In this document: piece by piece, positions 47,726 through 64,000 of the stretch
Layout of the letters: each line of letters begins with the position of its first letter
Numbering within the stretch: position 1 is the stretch's first letter
Assembly (NCBI GenBank): GCA_051362555.1
Contig: CM120645.1
Location: 19,778,001-19,842,000, forward strand
Direction: 5' to 3'
DNA from: Lingula anatina
Lineage: Eukaryota > Animalia > Brachiopoda
Length of the DNA: 64,000 nucleotides
Translations under genes and position numbers: made by a program
Notes under the pieces: generated by a model
The model's input: the letters and a program-made list of their open reading frames with translations, nothing else
What the model was told of the DNA's origin: nothing
Database searches by the model: none

Positions 47726-50302
47726 CTGGGTTACAGGTCTTCATGCCCTGTAGTTAATGGATGATGGACAAAATTCAACAAAAAGTTTTGATGTTTTGAT
47801 CCATGATTCACATGACTTAAAAAGATCATGATATTTAAGAGAAAAGCATTATAATTGTTTTAAGTTGAACACAAGTTGTGGTGCTAAGAAGCTCTTTGAT
47901 GTTGAGTTTCTTTAGGATGAGAACCCCTAGGATCAGGAGGTTTACACAAAGACAGTATAAAAGAGTTTTTTGGTAGAGGAAAATGTGTTACAGTATGTAT
48001 ATAGTTTCTTAATATTATTAATGTCCATTTGGTGTAATGTGTGGATAAACATATTTTAATCTATTAGTGGAATTCAGAGTGTTACAGTACAATCATTATG
48101 ACAATGTTGCATTGTCACCATGATGTTAATGCCATGTTGTTTTGGCTGTGACATTTGCAAGTCCTAAGTATCATCATCTTTGTGACAATGTCAATGCTGT
48201 GTTCTTTCCATTGTTGCACTTGTAAGTCCAGTAATAGATACAAACTTTTATTTATGAATGAATTAATATAATTAACATTGTAAGTAAATACACAAAAATT
48301 GCTTCTGTGGGGGGGGGGGGGGGGGGGGGGGGGGGGTATATATATCTTCTGATGGTCTCAGACAAACAAACCAAGAAACTAAATAATTGATGAAAATGGG
48401 TATTTAACTCGTATGTTGATGTCCATAATGATGTAAACAAAATCATAATCTAGAGATGTTTGTTGTAAAAATTAGAAATTAAACATCTTTTTGGATTGTA
48501 ATGTAACTTATACTTATTTGGGTGTTAGTGTGTCATTTGGAAACTGTCGTATAAATTGTAATAGCTGTAAGTTAGGGGAAAAAATATGTGGAATATGCTG
48601 TTTAAATGCCATTATTGCATGCTAAAATATGTATTAAATTAAGCTGAAGGCCAGATTCAAAGTTAGAGTTATTCTTAATACAAATGAATAGTGTAAGGGA
48701 ATGCTGCTATTAGCTAAGTTTTAAAATATATATAGTTTTACATACATACGTGGGTACATAGTATATGGTTTAACATTTATTTAATCAGCGCACAGCAAGA
48801 TTATAGTTTTTGCATAGTGCAATTGCAAATGTTCAGGGTTTTTTTTTTTTTTTTTTTAACAAAGATGAACTTCATTCTGTACCTTGGTAGTCTCCGACAA
48901 GCATAAAATATAATGTATTTATTTATTCATTTATTTTTTTGTTTTGGCATTTGTTTCGTCAGACCTTGACTGAGTTGTAGATCCATTGGTAATAAATTTG
49001 GTAAGTTTGCCAGTTTTTGATATTGGAAGTTAAATATTTTACATAATTATAGTGGTAGCTTTTGGAAAATACTCCACTTTAAAGTAGTATGCCTCTAGTG
49101 TCCCTTGCTTTTCTCAGCTCAATCAAAAGTTATTATCATAATTCAAGCTTTTAAAAGCATTTACCACATTTGTGTAAACGGGTCACTAGACCGTTTTTTA
49201 AGTTTCAAATATTGCAAATTTCTTTAGAAGTCGAGAATGTTTTATCACAGATTTTTTTTTCTCATAATAAAGTGTCATTATAGCAATTGTTTAAGTATAT
49301 TTTTACTCGCTGGTTTAATTGATATGGTACATCCATAAAAAAACTAAAATCAATCTTTTTTCGGATATAAACTCTATCAGAAGTCATACAAATGCAAGAA
49401 GATTCTTCATATATAGTTTTGAGTAAACAAAAGAACCATCTTTAAATGGATTACTTTATTGTCATAGTTCAAAATGTTGTATACAAGAAAAAATGAAGAT
49501 TAATAATAAAAATTTTAACATGAATCATCACTGATGATACTGAAAGAGTGAACCTTAGATACTAAAATTTTATTTTAATGAATACTTTGCTTGTCTTATT
49601 ACAGCTAGAAATAATTTCCTTCAAATGTCCCAGACCTTCACATTCTGTGATTTAAGACCATGTGTAGCCATTAAAATGTAGACTGGCCTTTCTAAAACAA
49701 GGAATGGAGTACAGATAATTTTACATCATTGCAGAAGTAATTAAACAAGCCAGGAGTAAACCCTCAAGGCCATACTTTTTTATTGAATGTTTTTTGGGCA
49801 GAGTTTTTTCACTGTAATGTGTGGATTGAAATTTAGTTACATTACTTGCACTCATTATGAGGTAGAAGAACATTTCCAAGCTATTTTCCTTGAATAGTTC
49901 TAACACTTCCTTGGTAAGAGATTTGCCAGAAGTCTATAAAAAACTCTCTGGCAGAAAATTGGATGGATGGCAAATAAATAATGTTGCATTTTGATTTTCT
50001 TTATTTACCAAGACTTGTCTGACCCATAAAACGAGAATAAAAAAAGTCTGGCCTCCCACCGCATCTGACTTAAACCAATGATATATACAACACTACTACA
50101 CTACCCTACAAAACACTTTTTATACCCGGCCTTGCCATCTTGACACAGAAAACTGAACGTCACACTTTTTTTTCCCATACCTCGACACCTTTTTATATCC
50201 TTGATATTATTTAAAAGGAAAATGAGGTCCATATAAATAAGGCAACATCAAAAAGTGCATGCAATGTCCAAATTATCTGTTGGCACAGAACTGTAATAAT
50301 CA

Positions 50303-50440
50303 GGGGCCCGTATCTCGAAAGCATCGCACATTGCGACCGTGCGCAAGCGTCTCGATCCCATAACTCGCCCCATATAATACATTGTAGCCTCTATGTGATA
50401 TCGCTATTCGCAGTACGCGATGCTTTCAAGATACAGGGAC
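50303..50440. mobile_element. Foldback MITE (PIF/Harbinger-like ends)
   Basis: ggggcccgtatctcgaaagcatcgcacattgcga ... tcgcagtacgcgatgctttcaagatacagggac imperfect inverted repeat. Confidence 0.7.
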
Positions 50441-51283
50441 AAGGTCTCCATAATTATTCTCACAAAAAAAAAAAAAGATTTTCTGACTTAAAAGATGTCA
50501 ATATTTATATCTTCAATACATGAACACTGAATAGCCAACCAAATTACAATTAGCTTGCTACACTTGTAATAAAGGGGCAACAGCAAGCATTTCTAAGCAA
50601 CTGAAGCAACATAATTCATGCTTGACATGAAAATGGAAAAGAATCCCAAACATAATTACGAATAAAATAATAAAATTCCACTTCCATATCATCTTTAATA
50701 TACATTGTAGTGTGAAAACGGATTTCACTGTCATTATTAGCATGTTCAGCTAGTTTTTTAACTATAATTGTTTTCATCCAACCAACCATTTTCTGAGTTT
50801 AAAGCAACTTCTGCCCTGTAACAGTAAAATGAAAGGTCAAGTTGAAGGCCTGATTCAAGGGTTGACAGTTATTCTTATATATACAACTGTTATCATAAAT
50901 TTGTATCATAAATTATTTTCCCATTGTGAAAGCAATCCTGATGGCAACATAAAACACTTTCCAGAAAAATTCATGACACTTCCAAAATTTCTTACGCTGA
51001 CCACGCAGTCGAAATATCTGGTTTCAAAGCAGCAATGGAAAGTAGTTCCATGTGTCAGAGATCTGGATCTTGATAAGGAAACTTTAGTTTCTGGTAGCAT
51101 GATTGGACAATTTATGACCAATCAAAGACCTATCATAAAGTCATGCACGTCCTTTTTAGTGACATCTTTTGGAATTGAAAGTCCCGTTGTCATAAGAGGT
51201 TCCACCATCTGCACAATATTGAAAAGTCCCAAGTTTTTTGGCTTCATTTATGAAATGATGTCAATGTTCAAATCCTGCTGTAT

Positions 51284-51307
51284 TCTGAAAAAACAAAAGA
51301 AAAATAC
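51284..51307 (-). other. RAP1: Strong splice acceptor of a putative shared non-coding 3'UTR exon of Rap1
   Basis: Minus strand gtatttttcttttgttttttcag/AATACAGCAGG. Confidence 0.55.
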
Positions 51308-51995
51308 TGTACACCACATAAAATCAAATACATATTCCATGAATAAAAAAAACTCAGTTAAAAAAGGTTCTCATTATTAGGAACTGAATACCAGTTAATA
51401 ATGTGTATTTGTTATGGTGTAATTTTTTCTTCAAAATGAGGTGACTGAAGTTCATTGCCATATTAATAGGTATGCACGCACACACAGAAAAGAGAGAATT
51501 TATTTGGAGCACATAAGTCAAAAGTTTCAAACTATGATCCAAGAATAAAGCATTTTTGAATTAAGTAAATTTATGTTGTGAGTGATATTGGATTGCATAC
51601 TATTCAATAATTGAAGTGAGAATGGTCAACAAAACGATCAATTGTCAGTCAAATTAAAAATATATCCAGCAAAGGTGTTATTCACTTTATTTATGCCAAA
51701 GTGTTAGTGTATAAAGTAAGAAATTAAACTCAGCTGACACATGCATATAATATCAGTAAATGATTGCAAAATTCAAAGTTTTTGAGACAATACATATGAA
51801 CTGGATTTCTCAGGCAATGTTATATAATTATTATATATATTGAAATACATCATTTAGTTTCATAAAGTGGTGTACAATCCTTAAAACATGCTTTCAATTT
51901 TCAAAAATTCATGTGTATTATACCATGCAATGCAAGAAACAAGCAGTAATGTGTTTGTTATTTCTTAATCAAGACATCAAATGCTTCTAGTCTAC

Positions 51996-57435
<5,440 letters not shown>

Positions 57436-57835
57436 GGTGGGATGTTACTGTGGCAACAACAAGGGATCTGAAACAACAGAAAACATCAATCACTGACAAA
57501 AGACACAATAAGCACATTCAAGCACCACTGCAATGTAGACTAATTCAAGGATGTGGGTCAAATAAGGCTAGTTAATAAAACATTATGCAATAACATTGTA
57601 GAAAACAGCTCCTTGTAGGTTATATACCCTTGTGGAATATGCCTTTCCTATCTCCGGCTTTCTCTTGCCTAGTGCCCAACCAATTTCTTCCCTAAAATCT
57701 CTCCTCTCCCTTCCTAAACAACCAATTAATTAATCAATCAAGGTTCTCATGCAGGTATTTGCTGTGTACAGCAAAAAGGTCAATGGTAACAGCTGTATGG
57801 TTGCCAGCACCTGTACTGGTTCACCCCCATCCACC

Positions 57836-57841
57836 CTCCCC

Positions 57842-57883
<42 letters not shown>

Positions 57884-58072
57884 AACACACACAAAAACAC
57901 ACGCATGCGTAGACATAATTGCTCTCTCTCATTCACACTCTCTTTCTCTCACTCTCACATACATAAGCTTTCTCTCTCTCTCTCGCACACACACACACAC
58001 ACACACACTCTTCCACACACACACACTCAATCTCTCCAAGACTGTCTCTCTCAAACACACATACACACACAT
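57836..58072. repeat. Compound poly-C/(CT)n/(CA)n simple repeat
   Basis: Direct inspection. Confidence 0.9.
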
Positions 58073-58332
58073 ATGTCCTACTCACTTATCATGTACCTCT
58101 AGGTAAACAGCCAGGCTAAAACAAAGAGCTCAAGCCAACAGCTGCATAGCTGACACCACCTGCAATATACACATACAACAGTACGTGTGTCATGATGCAG
58201 GCAGTGAGGTGTGAGTCATTGGGTGTTTTATCACACCACAGCTCACTACAGGAAACTATGCACATTATAGCTAGTGCTGATCTACCAGGGTTGTATCAGC
58301 CCTGCCCATATGGATGGAAACATGGGATGTAA

Positions 58333-58512
58333 GACTCCGTTCACATGAAAAATCTATTTTCTATTTGTGGTATCTTGTGATCACTCCGAGCGCAGCAAAG
58401 AATTAATTACAGCTTTGAAAGTAACTGGCTGCCAGTAATTACGTCGCCGGGTATTCAGGGCACAGACCGTGATCACAAGATACCACGAATAGAAAATAGA
58501 TTGAACGAAGCC
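58333..58512. mobile_element. PIF/Harbinger-like MITE with long inverted arms
   Basis: taa-GACTCCGTTCA ... TGAACGAAGCC-tta; internal 34-bp inverted repeat aatctattttctatttgtggtatcttgtgatcac / gtgatcacaagataccacgaatagaaaatagatt. Confidence 0.75.
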
Positions 58513-61500
58513 TTAATTAACCACCTAACCAGAAGCTGGTTAAAAAAAAAAAAAAAAAAAAAAAAACTCAAGACCAAAATTTGGGTTTAACTTCAAACCC
58601 AAAATTTTAATTTACTAGTACTTGTGCTTAAACCTTGGCTTAATCAGCAATAATCCAACTGAATCAGAATTAAATATACTGTAAGCATGTCTTGAACTAA
58701 AGTTGACCACATTTTTGGTCTAAAATTTAAGACCAACTTTCTATCTCTGGTTCTTTTGTAGATCAGGCCTATGGGGCTCGGGGAGGGGGGGGGAACGGGG
58801 GCTACAGAGAAGGGTGTGTACAATAGCTTACTAACAACTGTTTTAGCTTACCAAACTGTTAACCTGGCAACCATATGTCAGCTCACACAAATTTTGCAAT
58901 TAACCAACTGACTTATCAAGGTCGATGAATTTAACTAACACAAACATCTGTTCTGCCAACACAGCAATTATCAAACAGACATGTGCATTATCCAGAGTTT
59001 ACCTTCCTGGAATAAAAACCAAAACCTGTTCCAATTTTTAAAAAAAAGATCAAGAATGAAACCACAAGTCATGACAATGCATGAGGAAAATCCCATCTTA
59101 ACAGTGATGGTGATAGCACAATATATCTACCTCCAAAATATTATAGCTAATATAAATACTATCTACTTGTAAACTCCTCTGGCTGGGCCTTATATTCCAC
59201 AGTGATGGTGATATCACAATGTTTATACCTCCAAAATATTATAGAGGACCAATGATGGATATGGGGGGGGGGGGGGGGGGAGCGAGAGAGAGAGAGAATA
59301 GCCTGTGTACAAAAAATCTCACTTCAGATACTAATATCAAATGGGAGATATAAATATTTTGTACATTTTCACACCTTGGGAGACTTCCTTCAAAATGATG
59401 TGCAAATTAACAAGAAACGCCAAGCTGTAAATGTGAATGAATAACAATATAGCTGACATTAACAACAGCAAAAGCTGTTGTTACCAGAGTCTGAAAGGAG
59501 TTGCCAAAGGTCACTGGCCTTCAAGGTCAAGGTCATCAGTCTTGAAGACAATATCTTATTAATTTTTTTTTTTGGTAAACTTATACACCTGCAGGAACAG
59601 ATGACAACTTATATATATACAACCATAGATTGTATTACATATCAAATCACATTCTGATTTATTTCAATGTCACTGTCATGTTTTTCTTCTGAAGGATGAA
59701 CCATAAACTTATTACATCTAAAGCCAAACTGCATAATTAATACCAACCTGGATGATGCTGCTAAAGTGACATAATTGTTTGTACTTGCAACAGCTGTATC
59801 TTATGTAGTAGGTCACACCCTCTGTAAAAATCTGTGCCAGTGCCAATAATATTCACTATAATACTTGTACCTACTTTCCAATTTCTCAACAGTGTCTAGA
59901 GCCATTCAAAAATATGGCTCCTTTTCTCTTTGATGCAGAAAACTCTTTTATTGATATATCTTTTATCTATGATACTTTTTAAAACTAATATTAAACAGCA
60001 TTAAAAAAGAAAACACCAAAGTGAACTATATCTGCTTCATATATGCAATAAAATATTATTCTGTGCACAATATTCTACAAAACAAAGGCATTGAAAACCA
60101 ACTTAATATTTGTAGCGAGTACCACTTTCATTGTGTGTGCATGCAATCCCATACAAGTTATAATCTCAACCTTTTTTTAAAAATTATTCCATGCACACAA
60201 AAAAATACCAAACAATTAATATACAGTACAATTATAGACAAATTCACTTTCCACACACCATTCACACACTGAGAAAAAAAGCTGTGAGTAATGACATAAA
60301 ATACATGTACATTTAAATAATAACAGTCTTAATATGCTTTGAAGTTTTTTATAGCAATCTTTGCACTGAAGATACAGTTTATTTTTCCACTTATGTAAAC
60401 AAGAATAACATAATAAGTAACACTCTCCCCCCCCCCCCCCCCCCCCCCCAATATCTCAACCTTCATCATGTACGCACATATGAAATCATGCATGCACACA
60501 GAATGGAGATGGCACTCACAGCATGCAGCTTGTTTTAGTGCCAACATTTGCTATTTCTGGTATTTTTTATTCATAAGACCATGTTTACCAGCTTAACCTA
60601 CTTAATTATCTTTCGGTCCCTTCTGTTTGAGATTAGCATCAAGATGATTGTTCTCATTTGAGATAGAAATTGGCAAATGGGAAACAAATAGAGAGTGCTT
60701 CTTATATCATGACCCCTCTCTACCACAATTAACCCTCTGTCCTCATAAATGTCAATTATGATACAAGGTTGGCATTTTAATCTATAGGAGATAGCAGGTT
60801 AGGATACTGCTATATCAAAATGGGCACCTATCTGACATGAGTCTTAACGTTTTTATATATTTGCTCACAGAAACCCCCCAGTCAAAGCCTAAGCTAGTTA
60901 AAAAATACTAGCTCAAAACAGCACATAAGCTTCATTTATGTATCAATGGCTGTCTAGCAATGGCTAAGTTGAATTTGTCCATCTCTCCTAACAAGTCGCT
61001 TTCGAATATTGGTGAGATCTGTGAAAAGACTCAATATCCAAGACCTTCAAAATACCACAACCTCAATCGATTCATAGTGGGGTGAAAAATTATATTTTAT
61101 AACCCTTTTCTTACTTTCTGTATGTTGCTTTCTAATAAAAACAGAAACCTTTAAATAATTCATATTTAATTCCACTATCCACAAACATTACTTCAGTTTT
61201 GATACCATTCTCAGCAGAAAACAATTTTATTTTACAGCATTTTCCCCAGAACTGAATTCAATATATTGCTTGGTAGATCTGAGATTCACACTTACTGTGC
61301 CCATCATTCCATATCCTGCCAGGGAAATAGAAACCTTTCAGTCTTCCGTTATTCACAGTTGTTATTATTAATCATTATCATCTGTCATAAGCATCGAGCC
61401 AGAGAATATGAAAAGAGATTGATACTTTCTATGCCGCACTGTGTGATCTGATCAACTTCTCTCCAATACCAAATATCCTCCCACATAATGTAATAATCAA

Positions 61501-64000
61501 GCTGCACCTTTATCACGGATATCACATTTATGAAGTTTTTCTCATAGTCTTATATTTACACGCACAAAAACACGCGCGCACCTACACCTTAAGCCTACTG
61601 GTAACTAATCCTCCACAATAACTGCTCAAAGATGCATAAATGTTTAGTTTGTGACATTGTGTGTTCGATCTTGCCAAAGACATCCCCCCTACACACACAC
61701 ACACACAAACCTAAAACCGAACAAAAATTGCTAAAAGATACTCAGCTCTTTGTCAACTGACAGTGTGTGCTTCTATACTAGTCATTTTCCTTAATGCTCT
61801 GTAACAGGAGAAACATTTCAATAATGTGTCACAGTTCTAATCCCTCTGTATCATGAGCAAATCATGAAGTCTGATGTATCTAAGGTGTAAACTTAGAAAG
61901 AGGGCTGGGCTGGCAATGAATAATATAGCCAGGGCATGGTCTGTTCTGAACATTGGTCAAAAGACATTAAAAAACCGTCAAGAATACGCCTACCACTGTC
62001 ATCGCTCTTGTGCAATAGAAGTTAGAACTTTGCTAATATATGAAATTGTTCATTACTGTACAATACTGTATCCACAGTTGTATGTGTAGAGGTACATATG
62101 CTTGCAAGTGTGTGAGAATCAGATAGATTGAGCCCAATAATTGGTCTAGAATCAAAATTTCAATCTACGTTCACCATCAAAAATCATAAGTGCACCTTAA
62201 AATATTACCTTATAATAAGGTAATATTTTATCTGCACCAGTTATATTTAAAGACAGGCATTGCTAACATTTCATATCAACACTTACTGTATCTAAATGGA
62301 CTACTAATGGTTTATCTTGAGCTGAAGTGAACCAATTTTGTTTTCTTTTAAGAAACTGACCCTCTTACGCTTTCTAATTTCTACACAAGTCAACAACCAA
62401 CTACAGAACTCCAACACAGCATCTGAATAAAAATCAAATAACAAATTTACAGGCAAACATTCAATTTTCCCAATTTTCAACGGATCTATGACGTGACCCC
62501 AAAAGTAAAACAACCAAAATATTACACAGCAGGGGCAATATGGCATAGTGATCATATCTGGGGCATAAAAAGAGATGGGAGATAAGACCAACGGGTTAAA
62601 TTTTCTGATGAATGCAATCTGTACCTGACATCTATGGCCTTATTCTAATAGGAGTAATTAATTAATATATATAATATAAAAGCTTTTTTGTCTCTTGGGT
62701 AAAGGTATATGCACAGCATGCATTAGATGACAGCACCTAGGATTATTGTTATTCAATAACTATTATTGAAGACATCTTAAGTCTTCCATAATATATACAT
62801 TCAAGCACTGGTAAAGGAGGGAGGGGGGGGGGGGGGGACAGAGAGTGCAATGTGGCTTTATCAATCAAAATACTACTCTCATGATCTGCAACATTGTAAA
62901 ATATGTGATAAAGCATGCCTTTTTGAGATATCAAGGAACAAAATGAAAACCTTTATGTATAAGACTGCCTCCACATCTGAGTTGTCTCTCATACTGTGGT
63001 CAAACTTATTATCTATACATTTATATGACAGTTAAAAAGTATACTTATTTAGTCCCAGGTATAATCTTCTGCATAATGTACGTGCTGTACTTTGGGTCAT
63101 ATTTGTGCTGGTATCAAATATATAAGTTTCCATTTCAGACTTGCTTTTTGTTTCAGGTGTCTTAATTAATGTAAAAATAAATCAAGTTCGTTCTCCACTA
63201 TTTGAGAACCAACATATTATTATGGTAACAGATTATTTGCTGTCATTTTCTGCAGCCTTATTCCACTATTTACAGTTGAGTAAATATAAAAACTCCTGTT
63301 GTAGCCACAGACACTTCCGCCTTACTTTGTATTTATTTGACTTCCTCGTTATTAAGACATTAGTATAACTGTAACATCAAGTAGAGATTTTTATTTAATT
63401 ATTCATCCACATTGACAATGAGATGACTGGTATCAGTAAAAGGCAGCCCATTTACATCAGAAGATGTATGTGATCAAAATCTAAGCCTCTGTTAACATGT
63501 TTTGGCAGAGCATAAAACTAAACGCATAGAATGGACAAAAACAAAGATGAAATCTCATTTGGACAAAACGTTTCCTATGTAAGCTGAGCTGAGCCCATTT
63601 CTTGTGGTTTAGTTTTTTTCCTGGTGTTCACCCTCTTACTGCACCCATTGAAAATCATCCGAACACTACATCTATTCAAAATCAAAGAACTGGCTGCTTA
63701 CCCCCGAGTTTAACAGGCTTGATTTTATAAATGAAAGTGAAAATTCAGTGATAAGTATTCTCCTATGAACCAGGGAGTTATGGAAGATCCTAGAACCAGG
63801 GGGAATCTTGGAGAGAGGCACACTATTTAGCCTATAGCTCTGTCTCCCTATTCAGATTTCGAAGGATTTCACCAAAGAGACAATACACCTAGTTTTCAAT
63901 ACTTTGATACAGCTTATGATGTAACGACCAGAGACCACTTGCCTGTTGTTTTGTTCCACCATTCAAAGTCTAGAGAAATTTACCACCCACGCAAGAAGAT

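Noticed and set aside
50829-51380. 183-aa plus-strand ORF
   Set aside because: No recognisable motif or splice context; antisense to the putative Rap1 3'UTR exon; probably chance.
57468-64000. Rap1 first non-coding exon or promoter
   Set aside because: No convincing CpG-rich segment with a donor was found; it probably lies beyond the window.

Overview
Intron-rich, AT-rich animal genomic DNA, probably a marine lophotrochozoan such as a mollusc (inferred from repeat types and gene structure; not provable here). I reconstructed three genes by hand from GT-AG boundaries and phase continuity. (1) The 5' part of IFT122 (minus strand, 14 exons, ATG at 14463, running off the left edge). (2) A complete RAD54L2/ARIP4 SNF2 helicase (plus strand, 20 coding exons, 25896-47725, 1687 aa), head-to-head with IFT122. 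(3) A complete Rap1 GTPase CDS (minus strand, ATG at 57435), tail-to-tail with RAD54L2. The introns hold many MITEs with recognisable TIRs and target-site duplications, plus two copies of a Helentron-type non-autonomous element carrying a 146-bp tandem array of AGGTCA direct repeats. Most notable: Rap1 has two duplicated, apparently mutually exclusive last coding exons giving a polybasic (KKKRGCLIL) or a Cys-rich (KCCCLLL) membrane anchor, like KRAS4B/4A. There is also a candidate 9-nt in-frame microexon in IFT122 and a three-level transposon nest in a RAD54L2 intron. Most ORFs in the supplied track are spurious.
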